Shown here piece by piece: positions 1 through 11,507 of a stretch of DNA of 64,000 bases (position 1 is its first letter; each line of letters opens with the position of its first letter). The position numbers were made by a program, and so were the translations under genes. Location: positions 1 through 64,000 of the forward strand of contig CAVYBU010000025.1 in assembly GCA_963766735.1 (NCBI GenBank), given 5' to 3'. The notes beneath the pieces were generated by a model. That model was not told the DNA's origin, did no database searches, and worked only from the letters and a program-made list of their open reading frames with translations. This DNA comes from an uncultured Chloroflexia bacterium. GTDB taxonomy: Bacteria > Chloroflexota > Limnocylindria > Limnocylindrales > CSP1-4.

Positions 1-395
1 CGGAACGTGGTCCCGGCGAGCTCCGCCACGAGCCTGTGGTCCTGGTGGGCATCGTCGGTCCGAGGCATGAGCACGAGATCCGGCCGAACCGACGCCTTGA
101 GGGTCTCGAATGCGTCCTTCACGTCGGCGAAGCGGGCCGGGAAGTAGCCGTCCTGGATGTCGTGGAAGACGACCGTCCGGGTGGGCACGTTCTCCAGGAA
201 GGCCTCGGCTGCGACAGTGCCCTCGCGGACGCGTTCCGGAGAGCCGCTGAAGACGACCCAGGTGACGGCGCTCAGGCGCTCTGCCCGGGCCAACTGCAGG
301 ATCGTCCCGCCGGCGCCGATCTCGATGTCGTCCGGGTGCGCCCCGAGGCACAGGAGGTGGATCCCGCCTTGAACGGCAGGGCCGAGCGGCAGCAC
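1..395 (-). CDS. PIG-L/LmbE family deacetylase (partial, runs off the window start)
   Basis: Manual translation from GTG at 395 gives LLCLGAHPDDIEIGAGGT...DAHQDH, the PIG-L AHPDD and HxDH motifs; directly downstream of rfbF. Confidence 0.85.
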   Translation of the reverse strand, partial: MLPLGPAVQGGIHLLCLGAHPDDIEIGAGGTILQLARAERLSAVTWVVFSGSPERVREGTVAAEAFLENVPTRTVVFHDIQDGYFPARFADVKDAFETLKASVRPDLVLMPRTDDAHQDHRLVAELAGTTF

Positions 396-401
396 GGCGC
401 C

Positions 402-1190
402 TCAGCCCTCCGGCTTCCGCATCCAGACGGCCCAGGGCGGAGATCCGCTGTCGTACAGCGCGTCCAGCTCCTGCTTGTCCTTGAGCGTGTCCATCGGCGC
501 CCAGAACCCGTCGTAGCGGAATGCCATGAGCTTGCCCTCGTCGATGAGCCGGCGGAACGGCTCGTCGACAAGCTCCTCTCCTTCGCCGATGTAGTCGAAG
601 ATCTCCTTGCGGAAAATGAAGTAGCCGCCATTGATCCGCGTTTCCGCCTCGCGGACGTGGTTGATCGAACGAACCCTGCCGTCGGGATCTGATTCGACGA
701 GGTGGAAGGAGTACGTCGGCCGGACGGCGAGGAATGCCGCGATGTTGTCCGTGGCCAGAAACGCCTCCACGAGCTCGGGCAGGGGGGCGTCGGTCAGCGT
801 GTCTCCGTAGTTGGCGAGGAACACCTCGTCGTCGCCAAGGTATGGGCGCACCGCCTTCAGCCTCTGGCCGACGATCGTGTTGACACCGGTCTCGGCGAAG
901 GTGATCCGCCAGTCCTGGATGTCGGTTCGCAGGAGCTTCAGCGAACGGCCGCCGTCCTCCATGACGAAGTCGTTCGAGATCGCCTCGCTGTAGTCGAGGA
1001 AGTAGGACTTCACCACGTCAGCGCGATACCCGAGGCACAGCACGAAGTCCTTGTGCCCGAAATGGGCGAAATAGCGCATCACGTGCCACAGGATGGGACG
1101 CACGCCGATGGGGATCATCGGCTTCGGCGCCGCTTCGGAGTATTCGCGCATCCGCAGGCCAAGCCCGCCCGAGAACAACACGACCTTCAT
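402..1190 (-). CDS. rfbF: Glucose-1-phosphate cytidylyltransferase
   Basis: MKVVLFSGGLGLRMREYSEAAPKPMIPIG, INGGYF, GFWAPMDTLKD motifs. Confidence 0.88.
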   Translation of the reverse strand: MKVVLFSGGLGLRMREYSEAAPKPMIPIGVRPILWHVMRYFAHFGHKDFVLCLGYRADVVKSYFLDYSEAISNDFVMEDGGRSLKLLRTDIQDWRITFAETGVNTIVGQRLKAVRPYLGDDEVFLANYGDTLTDAPLPELVEAFLATDNIAAFLAVRPTYSFHLVESDPDGRVRSINHVREAETRINGGYFIFRKEIFDYIGEGEELVDEPFRRLIDEGKLMAFRYDGFWAPMDTLKDKQELDALYDSGSPPWAVWMRKPEG

Positions 1191-1390
1191 GGTGGCCCGC
1201 TTCCCATTTCGAATGTCAGAACCGCACTAGTCTCGCCGACACCCGGGTCACCTGCCACCGGGGAACGGGTCATTCCGTTGCGTCACGGCAACAGCGTATG
1301 TCAGCGCCGCCGCGCATGATCTCGTTGCGACGCACCTTGGACAGTACCATCGGCTCGGTGGCGTGATCCGTAGGGACCAAAGCGAGGGCG

Positions 1391-1960
1391 ATGATGATCT
1401 TCACGGAAACCAAGCTTCAGGGTGCTTTTGTGATCGACATCGAACGTCGGGAGGACGGGCGCGGCCACTTTGCGCGTGCGTTCTGCCAGCGTGAGTTCGC
1501 CGATCACGGCCTCGAGCCCGTGATCGCCCAGGCCAACGTCGCCTACAACCATCGCCGAGGCACGGTCCGCGGCATGCACTTCCAGTACCCACCGGCGGCA
1601 GAGACCAAGCTCGTCCGGGCGACGCGGGGGGCGATCCTGGACGTGATCGTCGATCTGCGTCCGGAATCGCCGACGTACCTCGAGCACATCGCCGCTGAGT
1701 TGAGCGCGGCCAACGGGCGATCACTGTACGTACCACGGCGTTTTGCCCATGGCTACCAGGTCCTCGAGGACGGGACGGAGACCAGCTACATGGTCGGCGA
1801 GTTCTACGCGCCGGAGCTCGAGTCGGGCCTGCGTGTCGACGACCCAGCGCTCGGGATCGAGTGGCCCCTTCCGGCGGGCGACATGTCCGACAAGGATCGC
1901 GTGTGGCCGCTCCTGTCCGAGGTCGAGGCCGACGTGCGACGCCGGATGGCGGCGGCGTGA
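1391..1960 (+). CDS. rfbC: dTDP-4-dehydrorhamnose 3,5-epimerase family protein
   Basis: DGRGHFAR, GTVRGMHFQ, VIVDLRPESPTY, FAHGYQVL cupin motifs. Confidence 0.9.
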   Translation: MMIFTETKLQGAFVIDIERREDGRGHFARAFCQREFADHGLEPVIAQANVAYNHRRGTVRGMHFQYPPAAETKLVRATRGAILDVIVDLRPESPTYLEHIAAELSAANGRSLYVPRRFAHGYQVLEDGTETSYMVGEFYAPELESGLRVDDPALGIEWPLPAGDMSDKDRVWPLLSEVEADVRRRMAAA

Positions 1961-1964
1961 GCCG

Positions 1965-3268
1965 ATGATCCTCGTCGACACCGCCCTGCGCGACCTCGAG
2001 GCCGCCGGAACGCCGATCCGTGTTGGGATCGTCGGCGCCGGGTTCATGGCGCAGGGACTGGCGAACCAGATCGTCAACAGCGTGCCGGGCATGCGGCTGG
2101 TTGCCGTTGCCGGCCGGCATCTCGACCGTGCGGCACACGTCGTTCGCTATGCGGGTGTCGAGCCCGTCACGATCGAGACGGTCGAGGCGCTCGATGTGGC
2201 GGTCGCCCGCGGTGCGACTGCCATCGCGACGGACCCGGCACTCCTGTGCCGCGCCGCGGGCATTGACGTGCTCGTCGAGGCGACAGGGGCGGTCGAATAC
2301 GCGACACACGTCGTGCTGGAAGCATTTGCGCACGGCAAGGACGTGGTCCTGTTGAACGCCGAGCTCGACGCCACGATCGGCCCGATCCTCCAGGTCCGGG
2401 CCCGGGAGCACGGAGTCCTGCTCTCGGCATGCGACGGCGATGAGCCTGGCGTCCAGCTCAACCTGGTGCGCTGGGTCCAGGGACTCGGGCTCGTGCCGCG
2501 GGTCGTCGGGAACGTCAAGGGCCTCCAGGATCCGTACCGGAACCCGACGACCCAGCAGGGCTGGGCCGATCGCTGGGGCCAGAACCCGGCGATGGTCACG
2601 AGCTTCGCGGACGGGACGAAGATCAGCTGCGAGCAGGCCATCGTCGCCAATGCGACAGGGTTCGGCGTCCTCCAACGCGGGATGTCCCGGGGTTTCGAGT
2701 TCCGCGAGGCGCCTGAGCGCCTGCCCGAGATCTACCTGCCCCGGCTCGATGAGATCCGGGAGCTCGGCGGCATCATCGACTACACGGTCGGGACGATCGG
2801 GACGAAGGTGTACGTGCTTGCCGAGCACGCCGATCCGAAGCAGCGGCACTACCTCGATCTGTACAAGATGGGACCCGGCCCGCTCTACGCGTTCTGGACC
2901 CCGTACCACCTGGTCCACTTCGAGGTTCCCAACGCGATCGCCCGGGTCAAGATCTTCCGGGACGGTCTTGCCCCGCCGCTCGCCGGCCCTGTGGTCGAGG
3001 TTTGTGCCGTCGCCAAGCGGGACCTGAAGCGCGGCGAGGTCCTCGACGAGTACGGGAACTACATGACCTACGGCGAGGCGGTCAACACGGACGAGATGCG
3101 CCGCGAGGAGTACCTGCCCGAGGGCCTCGTCGAAGGGTGCGTGCTGCGACGCGACATCGTGCGGGACCAGGTCATCCGCTACGCGGATGTCGATCTGCCG
3201 TCCGGCGGCTCGCCGACACCCTCCGAGCCGAGCAGTACCGGTATTTCGCCGGCTCGAGCACCGTCTGA
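1965..3268 (+). CDS. NAD(P)-dependent oxidoreductase with C-terminal SAF domain (homoserine dehydrogenase-like); frameshift near 3205
   Basis: VGIVGAGFMA Rossmann motif, GDEPG, SFADGTK, AVAKRDLKRGEVLD SAF motif; natural C-terminus (LADTLRAEQ) lies in another frame ending at 3268. Confidence 0.8.
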
Positions 3269-3396
3269 GCGGCCGGACAGTCATCGCCCAGTTCTGTTCA
3301 TTGTCGTGAGTGATGCGGGGTGCCGGCCCGGTAAGGTAGTCGTACGCGGCGCCACCGCGCCGCGTAGTCACGTCGAGGAGCGGGGAGACAACCAAG

Positions 3397-4434
3397 GTGA
3401 GGGTTCTGGTCACCGGCCACGAGGGCTATATCGGGGCGGTCCTCCTGCCTGTGCTTCAAGCGGCAGGTCACGAGCCGGCGGGTCTCGACGTCGGATACTA
3501 CGCTGGCGGCGACTTCGGGACGCCCCCCATGGTTGTGCCCTCCATCCGGCGGGACCTGCGGGATGTTGAGGCGAGCGATCTAGCCGGCTTCGACGCAGTG
3601 ATCCACCTCGCGGCCATCTCCAACGACCCCGTCGGGTATCTCAACCCGGAGACCACCTACGCGATCAATGCGCGAGCATCAGTCCGACTGGCGGAGATCG
3701 CCCGTTCGGCCGGCGTGGCGCGGTTCCTCTTCTCATCTTCGTGCAGCCTCTACGGCGCCGCCGGCGAGGCCCCAGTTGACGAGCGCTCGGCATTCAACCC
3801 CGTGACGCCCTATGGACGCTCCAAGATCCTGGCCGAGGAGGGCATCCACGCTCTTGCCAGCTCCTCCTTCACGCCCATCTCGCTGCGCAACGCGACGGCA
3901 TTCGGCATTTCGCCTCGCTTGCGCGGCGATGTGGTCGTCAACAACCTCGCTGGATGGGCCCATGCGACGGGCGAGGTTCGACTGCAGACCGACGGACGCC
4001 AATGGCGCCCGTTGGTTCACGTGCAGGACATCGCGAGGGCCTTCGTGGCCATGCTCGAGGCAGACCGTGTTGTCGTGCATGACCAAGCCTTCAATGTGGG
4101 TAGCGACGCCGGCAACCTCCAGATCCGAACGGTCGCCGAACTCGTGGAGGCAGCAGTGCCGGGCAGCCGGGTCACGTTCGCGGAGGATGCCGGCTCGGAC
4201 GCCCGCGACTACCGCGTGGATTTCCGCAAGCTGCATGAGCGCCTGCCCGCAGCCGCACCCGCGTCGACGGTGGAAGCAGGCATCCGCGATCTCGTGGCGG
4301 CATATGCTCGGATGGGTCTCACGATCGAGGATCTCACGGGGCCCCGGTACACCCGGCTCTCACGCATCAATGAGCTCACGGCCTCGGGCCTCCTGGACGG
4401 CGACCTCCGCTGGACGGACGCCGGTCGCGCCTGA
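3397..4434 (+). CDS. NAD-dependent epimerase/dehydratase (extended SDR)
   Basis: VLVTGHEGYIG, HLAAISNDP, SSCSLYG, YGRSK. Confidence 0.88.
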   Translation: MRVLVTGHEGYIGAVLLPVLQAAGHEPAGLDVGYYAGGDFGTPPMVVPSIRRDLRDVEASDLAGFDAVIHLAAISNDPVGYLNPETTYAINARASVRLAEIARSAGVARFLFSSSCSLYGAAGEAPVDERSAFNPVTPYGRSKILAEEGIHALASSSFTPISLRNATAFGISPRLRGDVVVNNLAGWAHATGEVRLQTDGRQWRPLVHVQDIARAFVAMLEADRVVVHDQAFNVGSDAGNLQIRTVAELVEAAVPGSRVTFAEDAGSDARDYRVDFRKLHERLPAAAPASTVEAGIRDLVAAYARMGLTIEDLTGPRYTRLSRINELTASGLLDGDLRWTDAGRA

Positions 4435-4475
4435 GGCCGCACTGCCCTGAGGTGTCGGCGGTGTTTGGCACCGCC

Positions 4476-5620
4476 TCAGGAGTCCCGGCCTGACTCGAGG
4501 GCGTCCACGATCCGCCGCGAGGCTTCCGCCGGCGGAAGGTGGAGACTCTCGACCCGAGCCCGAGCGAGCGTCTCGGACTCGGCCGGCGGGGCGAGGCGGG
4601 CGAGCTCCCGGGCGGCGCGGTCCCGATCCAGCCCCACGACGATCATCCGTCCGGTCGATGCCTCGACCGCCTCCGTCCACTCCGTGGTGGAGCGGAGCAC
4701 GAGACACGGGGTGCCGACCCACGCGGACTCGCGCTGGACGCCACCGGAGTCCGTGATGACCGCCGCGGCGTGGAGCTGGAGTGTGAGGCTCGTGCGGTAG
4801 CCGAGCGGCTCCACGACGTGGATCCCGTGCCGGCAGGGCGATCCCGGCCGCCTCGAGCGCGGCGCGCGTCCCGGGGTGGAGCGCGAGGATCACGGGCCGA
4901 CCCGGAAGCGCTGCGTCGCCCAGGATCGCCGGCCACGCAGCCAGCGAAGCGGGTTCCCTGTTCTCCGCCCGGTGGACGGTGGCGAACACGAAGCCACCTG
5001 GTCTCAGCTCCGCGGCCAGGTCCGGAGCGCCCGCGCCGGCCAGCGCGTCACCGGCCGCCACGAGAGCGCTCGGGATCGCGGACCTCGGCGGCCACCCGGG
5101 CGGCAAGGTCCTGCATCAGGTCGCCGGTCTCGACGACCCCGGCGGTGATGCCCTCAGACGCGAGATTGGCGACCGCCGTTGGCGTCGGGGCGAAACACCA
5201 CGTCGCGAGGTGATCGGCGACCACGCGGTTGATCTCCTCGGGCATCCGCCGGTCGAAGCTGCGCAGCCCCGCCTCCACGTGAGCGACGGGGATTCCGAGC
5301 TTGGCCGCCGCCAGCGATCCGGCGAGCGTCGAGTTCGTGTCCCCGTAGACCAGGACCGCGTCCGGTCGTTCGGCGACGAGAATCGGCTCCAGCGCAGCGA
5401 GCATCCGGCCCGTCTGTTCGGCGTGCCCTCCGCCGCCGACCCCGAGCGAGAAGTCGGGTGGCGGCAGGCCCAGCTCCGAGAAGAACGTTCCGGCCAGCCG
5501 CTCGTCCCAATGCTGGCCGGTGTCGACGAAGACGTCGTGATGGCGCGCGCGGAGCGCCGGGAGGAGTGCCGCGGCCTTGATGAGCTGGGGCCGTGTCCCG
5601 ACGATGCTGACGATCTTCAT
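4476..5620 (-). CDS. wecB: UDP-N-acetylglucosamine 2-epimerase, non-hydrolysing (WecB/WbpI-like); frameshifts near 5100-5070 and 4830
   Basis: GTRPQLIK, TGQHWD, VYGDTNSTLA, HVEAGLRS, ATVHRAEN and TDSGGVQRE spread over three ORF fragments. Confidence 0.85.
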
Positions 5621-5644
5621 CTGGTGCCGCAGATCTCGCCCGGG

Positions 5645-7075
5645 TCAGCCGGCCGCGGCCGGCTGCGTGCCGCCCCGCGGCGGGATCCCCACTCCCAGGA
5701 CGAGGACGCTCTCGGGAAGGCTGAGCTCCCGCAGGCTGTTCCGGCCGTCGAGCAGGACCTCGAGGTGCGCGAACCAGGCCGGATCGAGGTCGCGGAAGAC
5801 GGGGTCGGCCGTCTGGACCACGATCGCCCGTGCCTCGCTCGCCGACCCCCAGGTCCACGGTTCGGCGCCGCAGCGCTCGATCTCCTCGGCGCTGAGCAGG
5901 GGATCCCAGGCAGAGACACGGGCGCCGTCGGCTGCCAGGCGATCGATGAGCGGGAGCGCCCGCGAGTAGGCCAGCTCCTTCACGCCCTCCCGGTAGGTCA
6001 GGCCCAGCACGAGGACGGACACGTCCCGGAGCGCGCCGAGCGCGGTCCGAAGCGCTCCCACGGCGACATCGACCTGGCCGTCGTTGACCCGTCTCGCCAG
6101 CTCGACCAGCTCCATCTCCGGCGCCCGCGAGAGGAGGAAGTGCGGATACACCGGGATGCAGTGCCCGCCCACGCCGAGGCCCGGTTGGTGGATGTGGCTG
6201 TAGGGCTGGCTGTTCGCGGCGCGGATGACCTCCAGGACGTCCACCCCGACCCGGTCCGCATAGCGGGCCAGCTCGTTGGCGAAGGCGATGTTGAGGTCCC
6301 GGTACGTGGTGTCGGCGAGCTTGCTCATCTCGGCTGCTTCGGCCGAGCTCATCGCCACCACCTCGGCATCGAGGACCGACGCATAGAAGGCCGTCGCCCG
6401 TTCGGCCGAGGCCGGGCCGATCCCGCCGACGAGCTTGGGGTACGTCGCGAGGTTCCGGAACACCGCGCCCGTGAACAGGCGCTCGGGCGAGAAGGCCACG
6501 AACAGGTCCCGTTCCGCGACGAGGCCGGACGCCGCCTCGAGCAGCGGCACGTACCGGCTGCGGGTGTCGCCGACCGGCAGCGTGGTCTCGAAGATCACGG
6601 TCGTCCCGGCCCGGAGGCCGGCGGCGATCGATCCGGCCGCGGCGTCCATGTACCGGTAGTCGGGCCGCTTCTCGTCGTCGAGCATGACCGGGACGATGAG
6701 GACGATGACGTCGGATTCGGCAGCGGCCCCAGCGGCGTCAAGGGTCGCGCGCAGCCGGCCGGCCGCATGCGCGTCCGCGACCCGCTCGGCGAGGCCCGGC
6801 TCCTCGGCGACGTGCGCGCGGCCCTCGTTGATCGCGTCCACCACGGCCTCGTTGACGTCGACGGCGATGACGGACCACCCGTGCGACGCGAACTGCGCCG
6901 CGAGCGGGAGGCCCATCTTCCCGGCTCCCACGACGGTGACGGTGCCGGCCGTCCCGGGCTCTCCCGTCCAGGGCGCCACGGCCCGGGTAGGGCGATGAAG
7001 GCAGGGGTTCTCGGGCAGGCTGATCGCACCCCCCAGCAGGCTGGCGGAGCTCGAGGGCCGGTCCGTGATCGTCAT
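5645..7075 (-). CDS. Nucleotide-sugar 6-dehydrogenase (WbpA/WecC-like)
   Basis: VVGAGKMGLPLA, FSPERL, AEMSKL, GVGGHCIPVYP. Confidence 0.88.
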   Translation of the reverse strand: MTITDRPSSSASLLGGAISLPENPCLHRPTRAVAPWTGEPGTAGTVTVVGAGKMGLPLAAQFASHGWSVIAVDVNEAVVDAINEGRAHVAEEPGLAERVADAHAAGRLRATLDAAGAAAESDVIVLIVPVMLDDEKRPDYRYMDAAAGSIAAGLRAGTTVIFETTLPVGDTRSRYVPLLEAASGLVAERDLFVAFSPERLFTGAVFRNLATYPKLVGGIGPASAERATAFYASVLDAEVVAMSSAEAAEMSKLADTTYRDLNIAFANELARYADRVGVDVLEVIRAANSQPYSHIHQPGLGVGGHCIPVYPHFLLSRAPEMELVELARRVNDGQVDVAVGALRTALGALRDVSVLVLGLTYREGVKELAYSRALPLIDRLAADGARVSAWDPLLSAEEIERCGAEPWTWGSASEARAIVVQTADPVFRDLDPAWFAHLEVLLDGRNSLRELSLPESVLVLGVGIPPRGGTQPAAAG

Positions 7076-8098
7076 CGCTCCGGGATCCGCCCGGCCACGT
7101 CCGTGAGGTCGACCGGCCGGCCATCGGCCGCGGCCTGCAGGAGGCCCGACGCGATCGCGAGCGCCCACAGGCCGTCCTCGCCGTCCACGACCGGGCGCCC
7201 GCCCGAGCGTGCGACCGCGAGGAACGCGTCCAGCTCGGCGGCCAGGGGCTCACGGCTGGCGACCTCGATGACCACGACGTTGCCCTCGAACGTGGTCGCG
7301 TAGCCGTCGATGATGGTGGGGCTGCCGACGTCGGCGCTCGTGAAGGTGAGCCTCTGGGTCAGGTAGTCGAGCTCGAACATGCCGGATTCGCCCACGACGG
7401 AGAGCTGTCGCCGTTTCGCCGGGGTCAGCCAGTTGACGTCGAGCATGCCGGTCGCGCCCGACGGGAAGTGCAACAGCCCGAACAGCAGGTCCTCGTTGCT
7501 GACGTGTTGCCGCTGCGCCGTCTCGGCGTAGACGCGCGTCGGGCGTTCCCCGGCGATCCACGACAGGATGTCCGCGTCGTGGGTCGCGAGGTCGATCGTC
7601 ACGCCGACGTCGCGGATCCGGGCGGGGAACGGTCCGGCGCGCCGGCTGGTGATGGAGTAGAGCGTCCCGACCCAGCCCTTGGCGAGCCGGCGACCGAGCT
7701 CCAGCACGGCCGGGTTGAACCGCTCCACGTGACCGACCTGGAGGGGGACCCCCCGCGCGCGCGCCGCGGCGACGAGCTCGATCCCCTCCGCAACTGTCGC
7801 GGCCAGCGGCTTCTCGACCAGGACCGGCAGGCCGCGTTCGATCGCGGCGAGGGCGAGGGCGGCGTGCGCCGTGGTGGGCGCGGCGATCACGACCGCATCG
7901 ACGGAGGCCTCACCGATCATGTCGAGGGCGTCGGCGAAGCCCGCGGCACCGGTCTTCGACGACCGCGTCCCGGACGAGCTCCGCGTCCGGATCGGCAACC
8001 GCGACGAGCTCGCAGTCCTGGCGGGTCGACAGGTGACGCAGGTGGTTGCGGCCCATCGAGCCCAGGCCCGCGAGGCCGACGCGGAGCGGTGCGCTCAT
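7072..8098 (-). CDS. Gfo/Idh/MocA oxidoreductase (WbpB/WlbA-like 3-dehydrogenase); frameshift near 7950
   Basis: GLAGLGSMGRNH, VLVEKPLA, VGHVERFNPA, DLATHD. Confidence 0.85.
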
Positions 8099-9212
8099 CG
8101 GGAGGTGTCCTCGGCCGGGGCGGCCGGCTCGAGCGGGGTGGCGACCTCGCGGACGGCGTCGATCACGGCTTGGAGCTCCTCCTCTGTGAGGTTCGGCCGG
8201 ACGGGGATCGAGAGGACCTCGTCGGACAGGCGGTTGGTGACCGGCAGGTCGAGGTCGGCGGCGCCGGGCACGAAGGCCTGGAGGTAGGCCTGCCGATGGA
8301 CCGGGACGGGGTAGTAGATCAGGGTGCCGATGCCGCGCTCCGTCAGGCCGTCGATGACCCGCTGGCGCTCGCCCGGGAAGCGCATCGTGTACTGGTGCCA
8401 GACGTGCTCGCGGCCATCGGGGACGACCGGCGTCAGGTAGCCGCGGAGGCCATCGGTCAGGCGGGCGGCATTTCGCCGGCGCTGCGCGGTGCGCTCGTCC
8501 AGCCGGGCCAGCTGGGCCAGCCCGAGCGCCGCCGCCAGGTCCGTCGGCTTGAAGTTCGTGCCCAGCGACTCGTGCTGGTAGCGCACCCGCATGCCGTGGT
8601 TGCGGAACAGGCGGATCCGGTCGGCCAGCGCGTCGTCGTCGGTCGTGGCGAAGCCGCCCTCGCCGGTCATCAGGTTCTTCGTCGCGTACAGGCTGAACAT
8701 GGCGGGCCCGAACTGTCCCGCCCGGCGGCCGCGGTACGAGGCGCCGTGGGCCTGGGCGGCGTCCTCGATGATCGGGATCCCGTGCCGCTCCGCGATCTCC
8801 ACGAGGGGGTCCATGTCGGCCATCAGGCCGTACAGGTGGACCGGCATGATCGCCTTCGTCCGCGGTGTGATGGCCGCCTCGACCAGGGCTGGATCCATGC
8901 AGAAGTCATCCGCCCGGATATCCACGAAGACGGGCGTCGCGCCGACCCGCAGGATCGCGCTCACCGTCGCGTTGAACGTGAAGCTGACGGTGATCACCTC
9001 GTCGCCCGGTCCGATCCCGAGCGCCTCGAGGACCGCCTCGAGGGCAACCGTCCCGTTGGCCATGAAGACGGCGTGCCTGACGCCGCAGTAGGCGGCCCAG
9101 GCTTCCTCGAACTCGGCCGTCTTCCTGCCCATCGCGACCATGCCGGAGCGAAGGACGTCCACAAGGCCTCCTCCTCCGCCTGGCCGATGTCGGGCCTGGA
9201 GATCGGGATCAC
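8095..9212 (-). CDS. DegT/DnrJ/EryC1/StrS aminotransferase (WbpE/WlbC-like); frameshift near 9165
   Basis: MIPISRPDIG N-terminus, PVHLYG, IEDAAQAHG, FSLYATKN (PLP lysine). Confidence 0.88.
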
Positions 9213-9850
9213 GTGGGCACCTCCGTCGTACGCGCGACACAGCGGTCGCCGTCGATCTCGTACCTAGCCGCGCAGGCTGGACACGCGGCGGCTCCGGGCG
9301 CATCGGCCTTGACGGGAGCACCGGCTCCATCGACCAGTCGCCGCCCGCAGGCGCAGACCCAGCCGATCCGGCGAGCGGGGTTCCCCACGACAAGCGCGTG
9401 GTCCGGGACGTCGTGGGTGACGACGGCCCCGGCGCCGACCGTCGCAAAGCGTCCGACGTCGCTGCCGGCCACGACCACCGCTCCCGCCCCGATCGAGGCA
9501 CCCGTGCGAAGTCGGATGGGGCTGACGACCCAGTCGTCGGCCCGGGCGAGCTCGCCGTCCGCGGTGATGGAGCGGGGGAACCGGTCGTTGGTGAGGATCG
9601 CGTTGGGCCCGATGAACACGCCGTCCTCCACGGTCACGCCGTGATAGACGAGGGCCGCGTTCTGGACCTTGACCCGGTCGCCGATCACGACGCCCTCGTC
9701 GATGAAGGCGTCACGACCGATGACGCATTCGGCACCGATGCGAGCGCCTCGACGGACCTGGGCACGGTGCCAGATGCTCGTCCGAGGGCCGACCGAGACG
9801 TCCTCCTCGAGGTCCGCGGACGGGTGTACGCGCGCGGTTGGGTCGATCAC
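9209..9850 (-). CDS. Hexapeptide N-acetyltransferase (WbpD/WlbB-like) with C-terminal Cys cluster
   Basis: VKVQN, VFIGPNAILTND, VVGNPARRIGWVCACG...CPAC. Confidence 0.88.
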   Translation of the reverse strand: MIDPTARVHPSADLEEDVSVGPRTSIWHRAQVRRGARIGAECVIGRDAFIDEGVVIGDRVKVQNAALVYHGVTVEDGVFIGPNAILTNDRFPRSITADGELARADDWVVSPIRLRTGASIGAGAVVVAGSDVGRFATVGAGAVVTHDVPDHALVVGNPARRIGWVCACGRRLVDGAGAPVKADAPGAAACPACAARYEIDGDRCVARTTEVPT

Positions 9851-9903
9851 GTGACGTCGGCGCTCCTGCTGCGACGGGCGGCCTGATGGAGGCCTGCGCC
9901 TTC

Positions 9904-9912
9904 ACGATAGCA
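9904..9912 (-). promoter_or_regulatory. Putative extended -10 promoter (TGcTATCGT) of the wbpD-like operon
   Basis: TGnTAnnnT match about 55 nt upstream of the start; conserved in the duplicated copy at 26196-26204. Confidence 0.5.
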
Positions 9913-10100
9913 GGGGACCGCTCCCGAATAGCCATCTCCGGACCTCTGATCGGTGCGACGCGGCACCATGTGCCCAGCAACGAACCGAAGTACTGCTCAT
10001 CCGTGGTGTGCAGTGTCGCAATGGTCGTGGCGTGTCGTCCGCCGCTGTCGGTGCTGCGCCTCGGCGCAGGGTGGTCGAAGGGCTAGGCGGGCGGAGGCGT

Positions 10101-11507
10101 TCAATTCGCGTGGCGAGTAGCGAGTCCTTCGGGATCATGGTCGCCGAGCGGCCTTGCCGAACCAACCGGCGGGCGTGGCGTCGGCACCTCTGCCAGCAAC
10201 CCGTGCTCCACAAGCTGCTCAGCCACGCGCTGGAGCTCCATCACCGGCACCCCGATGATGTCGCCGATCTCGACGAGGTCGTGCGTGCCGTCCGCGTACG
10301 CGAGGAGGTCCATGGTCGTCCGGACCGCTCCGTAGGGCGATGTGGTGCCGAGCGTCCGATAGAGGCCTCGGCCGCCGAGGTGCGGCTCGCCGAGGCAGGT
10401 CGCCTGGTACGTCCGGCTGCCCTCCAGAACCTCCAGGCAGTCGCGCAGGATGGTGTAGCCGCCCTCGAGCCCGGCGGGCGTGACGACCGTCAGGTCGTCC
10501 AGCGACGTGTGGTACTCGGGATACTGGCAGTACTTCGTGCGCATCACACTCACGACGGGAAGGTCGATGCCCGGGCTGCAGTACTGCCGCTCGTCGCTGC
10601 CGCGGTCGAGGTACGAGTAGCGGACGAAATCCGGATGCCTGACCTTCAGGGTGTGGAGGGCGACCCGGTCCGCGAGCGTGCCGCCGTATCTGGACGGCAG
10701 GAAGGAGTACGCCCGGTCATCGCCGACGCAGGTCACGTTGAAGCCCGCCACCACGTTCGCCCGGAGGGCGTCGACGTGGCGTGACAGGTACACCAGCGAT
10801 CCGATGGTCTCGGGGATGAAGACCAGGCGGTAGGTGTAGCGGCGTGGCCGGCTGGCGATCCACTTCGCGAGCCACGTCGTGACCACCGGGCCCGAGAGCT
10901 CGTTGTTGGCCATCGACGGATGGCAGACGTAGGTGGACAGGAACACCTCGCTCGGCGTGGCGCCGGGAATGATGAGCTCGCCGTAGGTGAGGGAGCCGTC
11001 CTTGAGCTCGCTGTCGATCACGACCCGGTACAGGCCATCCTGCAGGTTCTGCCGCTGGGCGTGCGACAGGCAGAAGCCCCACCGCCGCTCGTAGTAGGAG
11101 GTGACGTACGGGATCGCGGTGGGCTGGTCGACCAGCGAGTGCAGGTGCGGCTGGAGCTCGGCAAGCGACAGGGTGGCGTCGACGGGGACCGAGTAGCCGA
11201 CGACGTGGAGGTTGTTCTGCTGGAAATCGACGATCCGGTTGCCGCGCTCGTCGAGGATGTAGGCATCCCGGATGTTCCACTCGGGGGGCACGGTCCAATC
11301 GAAGGCACGGGTGCCGGTGGGCACCTCGTGGATCTCCAGGGGCAGGTGCTCGCCGAGGATGCGGAGCGTCTCGCGCACGCCGTCCCCGGTGATGCTCCGG
11401 GCGATCGGGAAGAGGCGCCGCGCGAGCGCGTGCATCGCCGCGCCGGGCAATTCGGTGGCGCCCGCCACGTCGTTGGCCTCCGCCGGAGGCCCGTCAGAAG
11501 CGTCCAT
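10101..11507 (-). CDS. DUF4910 family aminopeptidase-like protein of glycan loci (C-terminal wHTH)
   Basis: [62 protein letters not shown]. Confidence 0.85.
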   Translation of the reverse strand: MDASDGPPAEANDVAGATELPGAAMHALARRLFPIARSITGDGVRETLRILGEHLPLEIHEVPTGTRAFDWTVPPEWNIRDAYILDERGNRIVDFQQNNLHVVGYSVPVDATLSLAELQPHLHSLVDQPTAIPYVTSYYERRWGFCLSHAQRQNLQDGLYRVVIDSELKDGSLTYGELIIPGATPSEVFLSTYVCHPSMANNELSGPVVTTWLAKWIASRPRRYTYRLVFIPETIGSLVYLSRHVDALRANVVAGFNVTCVGDDRAYSFLPSRYGGTLADRVALHTLKVRHPDFVRYSYLDRGSDERQYCSPGIDLPVVSVMRTKYCQYPEYHTSLDDLTVVTPAGLEGGYTILRDCLEVLEGSRTYQATCLGEPHLGGRGLYRTLGTTSPYGAVRTTMDLLAYADGTHDLVEIGDIIGVPVMELQRVAEQLVEHGLLAEVPTPRPPVGSARPLGDHDPEGLATRHAN

